Source: Owenia fusiformis
Lineage: Eukaryota
NCBI GenBank assembly: GCA_903813345.2
Contig: CAIIXF020000001.1
Span: 39,370,001-39,434,000, forward strand
Direction: 5' to 3'
Length of the DNA stretch: 64,000 bases
The notes under the pieces are model-generated. The model did no database searches. It was given only the letters and a program-made list of their open reading frames with translations, and was not told the DNA's origin. Positions 51,701 through 59,489 of the stretch are shown here, in pieces (positions within the stretch are counted from its first letter, which is position 1; each line of letters starts with the position of its first letter). Both the position numbers and the translations under genes were made by a program.

Positions 51701-54700
51701 ATTATTTAAAACATCCCCATTTCTCACAGATATTCAAATATTACTTTATGTATGTTATAATTTATGTATATCGATTTCATTAATTTATGAAATAGTCATG
51801 TAGTTGTATTTATTGTATTTATTTGATACCCTCAGAGATCTCAGGTATTGTATATAAATCATATGTTTTATTTGAAGGATTTGAACTTATGGCTTTAATC
51901 TTTATCTCCTGTCTAGATCTGGTTATATCAGTGTTTTCTATGTCAATCTTTTTCAGTAATTGCTTTTGTAGTTGTAGCCTTATTACAGAACTACAATGTA
52001 GTAATGGCATAAGTTAGTGCATGAGCAAATATTGTATTTTAGTAAAAGTATTGTAAAATATTATTGTTTTGTTTGATGACTGGAGGATGTGTTCAGATGG
52101 CATAATTTTACTTCATCTTCTTTTGTTTGTGTTTTTCTACATAAATGTATACTTCTCTTAAAAAAGGATGTGCTTTTCTTTAAAATTATATGTATCTAAC
52201 TACATGTTTTATTGAACAGAATCTCCTTGTGGTCACAAAAACAGTATGCCTACGTGATATAAAATGATCAGTGGAAATCTTACTCATTATTTTTACTTTG
52301 ACTCTGAGAGGTTTGCCTCTTAAAGTGTTACACTTCAAGATTCTTATATGATTCTATAAGTAGTTTGAGAAACATATTGCCACAATGTACCAAAATGACA
52401 ATCCTTCCGTTGACCATAAGGAACCAGTCCATTACCAAGAGTGGAATGTGATTCCATTTTAAGTGAGGCAATTATTCATTTCAAATCCAAATTGAAGTGT
52501 CTACTAAGGAATGACCTGACAGTTTAGTCTACCTAAATGCTTACCTGCTCTTTATTTTAGGCGAAAATCTCAACGAAAGCAGGCAGAAGTTAACCACAAG
52601 GAACCTGGAGTGACAAAGGCCCTAATGAGTGAAGTACCTGCCCATCCAACTGATCCTGTGGAAATGAGGAGACTTAACTTCCAAACACCTGGTATGTCAA
52701 CTTTAATCCTTTACAAGGCTCATTGAGTTCATCTTCTACTCTTATTTTAACAGTTAAATCTCTGAACTCTAATTATATAGAACCAGTTGTTAGTCAGCCA
52801 TAATTTTTATCCGCATAAAAAATGTTGATTTAGTGTACATATAATAATCATATTCTGATGAGTCAAAGCTTGACACTAAAACATGTGCATGTAGTATTAA
52901 TTCAGTATTTTGCATTCTAGCCATGATGAACCACCCACCTATAGACATAACAGACTTGGCGAATCACATAGACAGACTGAAGGCCAATGACAACCTACGC
53001 TTCAGCCAAGAGTATGAGTCAATAGAACCTGGTCAGTCATTCACCTGGGAGAACTCACACCTTGAGGTGAACAAGCCAAAGAATAGATATGCCAATGTCA
53101 GTGCATATGACCACTCTCGTGTTATACTACAGCCTGTTGATGGGATACCTGGAAGTGACTACATCAATGCTAACTACATGGATGGTTATAGGAAACAGAA
53201 TGCATACATTGCCACACAGGTGGGGGTCTTAAGGAATTTACATGTTAAATGAAATTTTGTATGGAAGTGAAAAATTGCAAAATTCTCTCTGGAGGATATG
53301 TCTGCCAGTCCTACATGGGGCAAAATATATATCAGAAAACATTTCATTATATCCAAATAATATCATAATGATATCAGGTTTTTTGATTATTTCAATAAAC
53401 CTCTATGTATTTAAATATATATGTTATGCTTGTAGGGTGCCATGCCTGAGACATTTGGCGATTTCTGGCGCATGGTGTGGGAGCAACGTAGTGCTACAAT
53501 TGTAATGATGACGAAATTAGAGGAGAGAACAAGGGTAAGTTTATCGAAATGTTGAACTTTTGTGATGTCACAATATTGATTGATTTATAGTAGTGTTCCA
53601 AAGATGTACTCATATAGTCATTGATTGATTGTTTCTCGATTAATATAATTATACAGGTTGGTAATTGCTGTCTCATAATAATAGTATAGATTTTTCATTT
53701 TGTTTGAAATGTTGTGTTTTCAGATAAAATGTGACCAGTACTGGCCAAACAGAGGCACAGAAACGTATGGCCTCATGCATGTGACACTTATAGATGTCAC
53801 TGAACTGGCAACATACACCATACGCACCTTCCAGATATCTCGGGTAATTCACATTTCATTCACTAGAAACTCACTTGAAGTTTATAAATTTTAACACCTC
53901 AATTGCATCCTCATTCAGCTTTTCTCCAATGACCTCAATTGTTGATTGACAAATATAATTTTATTTTGTCCATATGCTATGACATCATATTGAATAAGAC
54001 TGAATATGATTTACCTGGTCCAATATTTTCATATTTTCACCAGATATATGCTATTGACTGCTTGGAATAAAGACAATTGGATTTTTAATGTGTTAAAAAT
54101 GCACAATGTACCTAAAGAGGAACAATTGAATTCTTTTCTCAAATATTCAATGAATCTCTTCACTTCCCCATCATTTCACTACACTCTATATGATATATTT
54201 GCACCTGCACACAGTGAATATGTAAACCTCTGTGATACACAAATTGTTTTACATATATTGCGACTTGCGAGTATTATGTACATACCATTGATCTCCCATA
54301 TATTGGACCATTGGGGCATTTTAGAATATTGACTAGTTAGATGTCCTCGAGAATTACAGCTCTTGTACATGCATGAAATTAACAAGCATTGAATTGTCCT
54401 TCATTGATTTCCAAACTTATTACATCAAGAAAAATTCTCTTGTTTGTGTAATGTTTGGCAAACTTTGTCAAAACTTTTATCCATTGGCTATTTTGGTTGG
54501 ATCCTCAAATAAGGCTATCCTATTAGGAATTAAAAGAATTAAGTTAATTTTGAATGTTAATTGGTCTTAAAAATGATATCTACTAAGTATAAGTTGAGAG
54601 AGGTGAAATGTGATCCTGTATATAGTAGTTTGTTCATGTGCCTTGATTGGAAGATTATACATTATATTGTTTGTTCAGTAACAGTGTGTCTCTGCATGCC

Positions 54701-57700
54701 CCTTTAATCAGCATTCTTTTCTTCCCTATGAAGCGTATGCGTAAGAAATCTGGGGAGAAGTCATCAAAGGTACAATCTAATGCCCTGTAGTTGCATGTTC
54801 TCAGTTCTATTATTCAGTTTCAACCTCCTATTTCATATTTTTACTTCAAAGAATAGTAAGTTGTTCACAGTAAAAAAGAATTTAATTGTTTAATGTGTTT
54901 CTGTGTTTCTGAGTTTTTTTGTAGTAAAAAATGAAATATTATTGGAATATTTTGGTAAAATTCCCTAAATATGAACCGATGAATAAGTTTTGATGTAAGC
55001 ATGCAGAGACATTTATATTTTGTTTTATATTTACATAGTTTTGTCCAAAACAGTTGATTTCCCCTGTTATATTTACTTTAAGTGTTTTCAATTGACATTT
55101 TCAATATACATGTAGTATAATCATCGCAGGTTTTGTGGTTAACTCTCCCCACTTGGTGGTGGTTTTGTTTTGTATAGCTTTTGTCTAGTTATGGAACTAG
55201 TATTAACATCTTATTGTATAAGTAAGTCTAACAATTTTTTGGGCATGGAAATTATTTTTTATATGGAGTAGGCCAACAATTGCACTAAGTTTCTTACTAG
55301 TCACAGCAGGCAACTCAAGGCTCAACTACTAAGTTCTCAGACTGAGTTAGTTATGGAGTCCTGGGCCCTGTTGTAAGGGATGTATTATTATCAAACAACC
55401 TGTAGTGTAGAATTCTAGCATCATTATGTTTAACTGTCTTATTCCAAATTAATACATTCTAAATAAATCTTAATCCTCTTTAAATAGCTAGCAATCTATC
55501 AAGTCTACTTTAAGCATGTAGTTCTCTACTTTTATTAAGGATGAGGTCAATATGTTGCCACTTGTTGTCCCAAAACATAACTACACAAAATACTAATTGA
55601 TGTTAATTGATTTTTATGTCACTACCAAAAACACACTTCAACATATTGACCTTGTCTTTGAGGAACATATATCTGTGCAATACCATCATTAGGAAATAAT
55701 TTAAGTTGTATATATTTTACAGCATGGCTATGGAGAGAAACGTGAAATTCGCCAGTTCCAGTTTACGGCATGGCCCGATCATGGTGTACCTGATCATCCC
55801 ACTCCTCTTCTGTTGTTCATGAAGAGAGTGAGGAATGCAAACCCTCCTGATGCTGGTGCTATGGTAGTACACTGCAGGTATGCATACACATATTTACAGC
55901 TAGTTTTTGTACTTGTTATATCATAATGTTAAAAATGCCTATGAATTGTACCTGCAATTTCTTGTGAAATAATTTTTTTTAAATCAGCCTGTTTTCCGAA
56001 ATATATCTTGAGGCAATGCTGACTGTAGAATAATTCATGCAGGCCTAGAGAGAAAATATATACAGTTATTTATATCATTGGATCGTCGTCTCTATTTCAG
56101 CGCTGGGGTTGGTAGGACAGGAGCATTCATTGTTATTGATTCAATGCTAGAACGCATCAAGCATGAGAGACGTGTTGACATATATGGTCATGTTACATGC
56201 CTACGTGCCCAGAGAAACTATATGGTCCAGACAGAAGATCAGTATATATTTATCCATGATGCCCTTCTGGAGGCAGTCCAGAGCCTCAACACAGAGGTCC
56301 CTGCCCGCAACCTTTACGCCCATATACAGAAACTCACCCAACCGGAGCCTGGAGAGACAGTCACTGGCATGGAACTAGAGTTTAAAGTATGTACATTTTT
56401 GAATATCTGTCATTATTATTACAGGGTGTGATACAAGCACTGGCTTTTGATCTGGGCTATTGCTTCAGAATTATAGTAAAATAACCTTTGGGTCTACAAA
56501 CCTTTTGATTAGGGGTGGGACGGATAACCGAAATACCGAAAAACCGCGGTTCATAGCCTTCGGATCGGTTTTCGGATCACGGCCCTACTTTCGGATCAGC
56601 TTTTCGGATCGTTTTCGGATTAATATTTCATTGGTCAAGTATCAATAAAACAGTTAAAAACACTGTTTTACAGCAACATTTTTGATATTCCTAGTCCCTC
56701 CCTTGTCTGTCTTGTCTGTTGCTAGCTCACTCGTTTACTAGATTCGTTTCGTATCCGCATATTCGTATCCCTCTGTAATCAAACATGTGGTCCCTGGTAC
56801 TATATTCTTTAGTCGTAAAAAACGCATCACAGAATAAAGGTTTCTACAAGCATAAATTAGTTATTTTATTGGTTGTATTAAAAGAAAGTGACAGTCAGCA
56901 GTGAAGTCAGAGACAAAGCAGCTAATCATGTCAATCAATACAAATCCTTAAAATGAATGAACCGAACCAAAAAAACCGAACCGACGGCTGATGATCCGAA
57001 AAACCGAACCGAACCGAACCGAAACGAACCGTCCCATCCCTACTTTTGATGCGCCCTGTATCATTATATCATTATAAGTATTATGTACATGTAGAAAGCA
57101 TGCTTATGTTGATATTTTGAATGGAGTCTATTATCTAAAGAGCCTAGAAAGTTTATTTATTCAATACTCTAAACAACAATTTATTGACAAATATCTCATC
57201 TAAAATAAATATAAAAACTGTTGAATAACATTTCTCATTTTGTTTTCCAGAAACTGGCCAGCATCAAGGCTAATCCATCACGCTTTGTCTCCGCCAATCT
57301 ACCAGTCAATAAATTCAAGAACCGACTGGTCAACATTCTACCATGTAAGTTTGTTCACCAATTTGTATTGGACATTTCATTACAAAGCAAATCTGTCCAT
57401 ATTCCTTTTTGAGAGACCATTAATACCAGAGTTAACAATAGAAGAAAGCATGTACTTTGTTCATCTACTTTTGAGTTGTTTATATCTTAGTACTATATAT
57501 TAATAAATCAGAAACAAATACATTGTAACCTATTCTGATGAAGAAAAATGTTACACTGTAAAAACAAGTGTGACATTATACTGAATGAAGCAAACAGATC
57601 ACAGACTTTTATTTTATTTTTTTTTTATTTATTTTTATTAAAATCAATGTAACATATTTACAGGTTGTAGTGGCTATGACCCCCAAGAGGGAGTATTAGG

Positions 57701-59489
57701 TGCCACATAATGGTATTTACAATGATTTGTGAAATATTATTATTATTTTCATTCCAGATGAGTCAAGTAGAGTGTGCCTGCAGCCATTCAGAGGTGTCGA
57801 TGGCTCCGACTACATCAATGCAAGCTTTATAGATGTAAGTTCATATTAAACATGCCTAGTCTATTGCGTAACTCATAGAAGGTAATTCATATGCAAAAGT
57901 AAGTAAAACTAATTTGCGCTAAAAATGTTGAAAGGACTACAGTGATAATCAGATAATGCATGGGAACCTTATGTAAAATACTCCCAATCCAAGATATGGC
58001 TGCCTGCACTTATTCCAGTCTTATAAGAATGAATGGGTTAACATTTTTTGACTTCCATCATTATGACATCTGTAAGCTTTAATGGAAAGGAGGTTGTTAT
58101 CTAATCTTTTACTTCTTTCTTATGCTACATTAAATCTCTGTGATTCCATAGTTTTGTGCAAGCTTATGATTATACTGGTTACATTATTGATCATGATTTA
58201 TCACATCTTTATTAACATAAAATGCAAGATTTATCATTTCTCCTTCAGGGCTACCGATACAGGCAGGCGTACGTAGCCACACAGGGCCCTCTCGCAGAAA
58301 CCACAGAAGATTTCTGGCGCATGCTCTGGGAGCATAATTCAACCATCATCGTCATGTTGACCAAACTACGGGAAATGGGGCGAGAAAAATGTCATCAGTA
58401 TTGGCCAAGTGAAAGGTCACAGCGTTACCTCTACTTCGTTGTAGATCCTATGGCTGAATATAACATGCCATCATACATACTTAGAGAATTCAAAGTCACT
58501 GATGCCAGAGTAAGTGAACATTGTATTGGTCCAAACTATTGGTTTTAAATATTAGATAGCCAAAGGAAAAGATTAGAGAGAACTTGAACTCTCCCATTTA
58601 TATCAATGGTTTCATAATGCAAAACAAAGTTTTGATATTATTGGAAATAGCGGGTAATGAAAGTTTGAGAACATATTTTGTGTTTGTATTGCAATGGTTA
58701 ATAGTGTATGTGGTATATTCTAGGATGGGCAATCACGGACCATACGACAGTTCCAATTCACAGATTGGCCAGAACAAGGGGTACCCAAGTCTGGAGAGGG
58801 CTTCATAGATTTCATAGGCCAGGTTCATAAAACTAAGGAGCAGTTTGGCCAAGATGGTCCCATCACCGTTCATTGCAGGTAGATACTTGGATAATTATGC
58901 TGAATGAATGACAGTGATGATAATACAATGATCATTTGAGTTAATCTTCAGATGAGAGGTCCATTGATAACACATTTAGTCGGCGAAATGATTTGAAAAA
59001 CATACCAGTATACTCATTTAAAGTATATAACAAGTGATCCTTTTACAAAACTTGATTCGATTCCCTACTTTAACTTAACTTGTGTTTTATTTTCAGTGCT
59101 GGGGTTGGACGCACAGGTGTGTTTATAACATTGAGTATTGCCCTGGACCGCATGCGTTATGAGGGTGTTGTAGATATGTTCCAAACTGTAAAGATGCTTA
59201 GAACACAACGACCAGCCATGGTACAAACAGAGGTAAGTGCCAAAGCACAATCAATTACTCTCCAAACTTACTATATAAACTACAATGCTCAAAAAAACTG
59301 AATTTATAGATCACATAAACTTGCAAAATGAAAAAAGGAATTGCATATTTCGCTAATTTGTCTTTGGTTATTCAAGATTAGATTTTACTTGTTGTTAACA
59401 TAGTTTCTTTTTTGTTTCAGGATCAATTCCAGTTCTGCTACCGAGCTGCATTAGAATATCTCGGCTCATTTGACCACTATGCAAACTAG
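447..59489 (+). CDS. Lar: LAR-family receptor-type tyrosine-protein phosphatase, 5'-partial, 28 exons (Ig3-9xFN3-FN-like-TM-PTP D1-PTP D2)
   Basis: Spliced translation runs [12 protein letters not shown]...[20 protein letters not shown] to ...[16 protein letters not shown]. It contains [27 protein letters not shown] and two [10 protein letters not shown] motifs, all diagnostic of the LAR subfamily. All junctions are GT-AG with consistent phase. Confidence 0.97.
1188..1199 (+). CDS. Candidate 12-nt micro-exon between Ig3 and FN3-1 (inserts VPIT)
   Basis: catgcctctcttag|TCCCAATTACAG|gtaggt; phase 1-1, no stop, UGC in the pyrimidine tract. Confidence 0.55.
2522..2803 (+). CDS. Lar: Exon: FN3-1
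   Basis: ccctag acceptor, gtcagt donor; AMPNPPTSL...[17 protein letters not shown]...TGEM; phase 1-1. Confidence 0.92.
4252..4352 (+). CDS. Lar: Exon: FN3-2 N-half
   Basis: gtccag/gtatgt; [34 protein letters not shown]; absent from ORF track; phase 1-0. Confidence 0.93.
4701..4905 (+). CDS. Lar: Exon: FN3-2 C-half
   Basis: tttcag/gtaggg; GYEVIYT...[23 protein letters not shown]; phase 0-1. Confidence 0.95.
7164..7335. mobile_element. Tc1/mariner (pogo/Tigger-like) MITE
   Basis: TA|CAGTAAAATCTGTAT ... ATACAGATTTTACTA|TA inverted ends with flanking TA. Confidence 0.7.
8250..8398. mobile_element. Short degenerate MITE (CAGGCC...GGCCTG, G-run)
   Basis: Inverted ends caggcctgtagcc / tgggcctg, internal poly-G; TSD not clean. 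Confidence 0.45.
8756..8868. repeat. Tandem duplication of a ~57-bp unit; a diverged third copy lies near 9401-9452
   Basis: ttcctgcagaattctaatttctcctgtgtaccaattcctgaaaaaagctctcaatt occurs twice. Confidence 0.85.
9599..9886 (+). CDS. Lar: Exon: FN3-3
   Basis: tttcag/gtgagt; [10 protein letters not shown]...SAKSERGEG...KTEQF; phase 1-1. Confidence 0.95.
12255..12362. repeat. ~54-bp tandem duplication spanning the end of a degraded pogo-like MITE
   Basis: ttgagagat(a/g)tttggat(g/a)tacaggttt(a/t)actgtatggccttttggaaaatagg occurs twice. Confidence 0.7.
12895..13710. repeat. 137-bp minisatellite, ~6 near-identical copies
   Basis: The unit ccctccatacatacctcacctttacaacagggggg...gagcaaggggataca recurs every 137 bp; repeated ORFs are offset by 137/274. 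Confidence 0.95.
14240..14543. repeat. 27-bp A/C-rich tandem repeat (caccaaatacaacaaatacaaatacaa)n
   Basis: Direct reading; explains the low-complexity ORFs at 14145-14554. Confidence 0.92.
15678..15864 (+). mobile_element. Non-autonomous DNA transposon, TACCCT...AGGGTA family, copy 1 (187 bp)
   Basis: Shares ends with 21709-22086 and 37453-37532; flanks agggtcttc/agggtcttt (9-bp TSD, 1 mismatch). Confidence 0.8.
18531..18631. repeat. ~26-bp tandem repeat, ~4 copies
   Basis: aaaattactgactt(a/c)agat(t/a)ttgtat repeated. Confidence 0.8.
19163..20634 (+). mobile_element. HINE/DINE-1-like (Helentron-associated) element with ~600-bp internal tandem units
   Basis: Begins TTTTTATCGCACTTTGAA-AAAGTGC (subTIR plus local IR), then a (GGGC)n microsatellite and internal tandem repeats; complementary TTCAAAGTGCGATA at 20600-20613; ends cttgtt. 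Confidence 0.8.
21084..21426. repeat. 21-bp minisatellite (ggcagcaatggtattcccatt)n, ~16 degenerate copies
   Basis: Direct reading; explains the repetitive ORFs at 21025-21464. Confidence 0.92.
21709..22086 (+). mobile_element. TACCCT...AGGGTA family, copy 2 (378 bp)
   Basis: Perfect 9-bp TSD gttatgtgt (21700-21708 and 22087-22095); subterminal hairpin gcagagtgtagt-tta-actagactctgc. Confidence 0.88.
23801..23876 (+). CDS. Candidate alternative N-terminus (signal peptide) fused in frame to FN3-4
   Basis: caacATGG context; [25 protein letters not shown] continuing into VPTAAPQ without a stop. Confidence 0.5.
23877..24185 (+). CDS. Lar: Exon: FN3-4
   Basis: gttcag/gtaggg; [11 protein letters not shown]...[11 protein letters not shown]...TDES; phase 1-1. 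Confidence 0.95.
29403..29690 (+). mobile_element. Fragment of a non-autonomous DNA transposon (CC-G-run-TACTCCC end; repeated aaaaccctagatgtgggt subterminal motifs)
   Basis: One end and the subterminal repeats are visible; the other end was not found; an EnSpm/CACTA-like assignment is inference. Confidence 0.45.
31317..32900 (-). mobile_element. HINE/DINE-1-like element, minus orientation, ~445-bp internal tandem units
   Basis: Minus strand starts TTATTAGGAGGCCC...GGGCCTCC, then a (TTATTC)-type microsatellite and tandem core; ends ggggcctcc, hairpin taagattgc-ttgcaatctta, ctctagtt. Confidence 0.8.
33262..33573 (+). CDS. Lar: Exon: FN3-5
   Basis: tttcag/gtaagt; [16 protein letters not shown]...GIIRGYQVH...[12 protein letters not shown]...TKGA; phase 1-1. 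Confidence 0.96.
37453..37532 (-). mobile_element. TACCCT...AGGGTA family, copy 3 (80 bp, ends only)
   Basis: Perfect 9-bp TSD gcaagataa (37444-37452 and 37533-37541). Confidence 0.88.
39260..39987. repeat. ~222-bp near-identical direct repeats (39260-39481, 39766-39987) with a ~285-bp spacer
   Basis: ttatttatttttaat...ggggcttataaaaatgcc occurs twice. Confidence 0.9.
43772..43972 (+). CDS. Lar: Exon: FN3-6 N-part
   Basis: tttcag/gtaagt; [10 protein letters not shown]...[18 protein letters not shown]...; phase 1-1. Confidence 0.94.
47120..47212 (+). CDS. Lar: Exon: FN3-6 C-part
   Basis: ttgcag/gttagt; [31 protein letters not shown]; phase 1-1. Confidence 0.93.
47444..47737 (+). CDS. Lar: Exon: FN3-7
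   Basis: tttcag/gtaagt; [10 protein letters not shown]...[12 protein letters not shown]; phase 1-1. Confidence 0.95.
47978..48265 (+). CDS. Lar: Exon: FN3-8
   Basis: tttcag/gtgtgc; [22 protein letters not shown]...[15 protein letters not shown]; phase 1-1. Confidence 0.92.
48699..48802 (+). CDS. Lar: Exon: FN3-9 N-half
   Basis: ttttag/gtgagt; [35 protein letters not shown]; phase 1-0. Confidence 0.93.
48965..49166 (+). CDS. Lar: Exon: FN3-9 C-half
   Basis: tttcag/gttggt; IVYYGRG...[14 protein letters not shown]...ETNKD; phase 0-1. Confidence 0.92.
49783..49952 (+). CDS. Lar: Exon: membrane-proximal FN-like domain part 1
   Basis: ttttag/gtaaat; APPVFPAP...[17 protein letters not shown]...EDE; phase 1-0. 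Confidence 0.92.
50228..50416 (+). CDS. Lar: Exon: membrane-proximal FN-like domain part 2
   Basis: ttacag/gtaagg; LSPPEDDD...KPYITAWF...[17 protein letters not shown]...FVRAF; phase 0-0. Confidence 0.93.
50814..50989 (+). CDS. Lar: Exon: transmembrane helix
   Basis: ttctag/gtaact; DLYTSSKFS...[26 protein letters not shown]; phase 0-2. Confidence 0.94.
51836..51844 (+). CDS. Candidate 9-nt juxtamembrane micro-exon (inserts DLR)
   Basis: tttgataccctcag|AGATCTCAG|gtattg; phase 2-2. Confidence 0.5.
52220..52243 (+). CDS. Candidate 24-nt juxtamembrane micro-exon (ISLWSQKQ)
   Basis: ctaac branch-like motif, then ...ttattgaacag|AATCTCCTTGTGGTCACAAAAACA|gtatgc; phase 2-2, open. Confidence 0.45.
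52561..52691 (+). CDS. Lar: Exon: cytoplasmic juxtamembrane
   Basis: ttttag/gtatgt; RRKSQRK...[16 protein letters not shown]; phase 2-1. Confidence 0.95.
52921..53219 (+). CDS. Lar: Exon: wedge and PTP D1 start
   Basis: ttctag/gtgggg; AMMNHPPI...FSQEYESI...KNRYANV...DYINANY...YIATQ; phase 1-0. Confidence 0.96.
53436..53534 (+). CDS. Lar: Exon: PTP D1
   Basis: ttgtag/gtaagt; [33 protein letters not shown]. Confidence 0.95.
53724..53843 (+). CDS. Lar: Exon: PTP D1
   Basis: tttcag/gtaatt; IKCDQYWP...[11 protein letters not shown]; phase 0-0. Confidence 0.95.
54734..54769 (+). CDS. Candidate 36-nt cassette exon in PTP D1 ([12 protein letters not shown])
   Basis: cattcttttcttccctatgaag|CGT...AAG|gtacaa; phase 0-0, open, purine-rich, TGCATG on both sides. 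Confidence 0.55.
55723..55877 (+). CDS. Lar: Exon: PTP D1 WPD loop and catalytic Cys
   Basis: ttacag/gtatgc; [23 protein letters not shown]...VVHCS; phase 0-2. Confidence 0.96.
56101..56386 (+). CDS. Lar: Exon: PTP D1 end and D1-D2 linker
   Basis: tttcag/gtatgt; SAGVGRTG...[14 protein letters not shown]...GMELEFK. Confidence 0.96.
56510..57042. mobile_element. hAT-family MITE
   Basis: TIRs TAGGGGTGGGACGG / CCGTCCCATCCCTA; perfect 8-bp TSD cttttgat; subterminal aaccg/tcggatc repeats. Confidence 0.92.
57251..57344 (+). CDS. Lar: Exon: PTP D2
   Basis: ttccag/gtaagt; KLASIK...[11 protein letters not shown]. Confidence 0.95.
57758..57834 (+). CDS. Lar: Exon: PTP D2
   Basis: ttccag/gtaagt; [26 protein letters not shown]. 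Confidence 0.95.
58249..58509 (+). CDS. Lar: Exon: PTP D2
   Basis: cttcag/gtaagt; [18 protein letters not shown]...KCHQYWP...FKVTDAR. Confidence 0.96.
58724..58878 (+). CDS. Lar: Exon: PTP D2 (WPE loop)
   Basis: ttctag/gtagat; [27 protein letters not shown]...ITVHCS. Confidence 0.96.
59097..59232 (+). CDS. Lar: Exon: PTP D2
   Basis: tttcag/gtaagt; [15 protein letters not shown]...[12 protein letters not shown]. Confidence 0.96.
59421..59489 (+). CDS. Lar: Terminal coding exon
   Basis: tttcag acceptor; [25 protein letters not shown], the conserved LAR C-terminus. Confidence 0.96.
   Translation, partial: DQFQFCYRAALEYLGSFDHYAN

Noticed and set aside
53436..53450. QGAMPET instead of QGPLPET in D1
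   Set aside because: This position varies within the family; KNRY, WPD, HCSAGVGR and the Q-loop are intact.
57251..58878. D2 with KNRL and WPE substitutions
   Set aside because: Standard for the LAR D2 domain, not novel.
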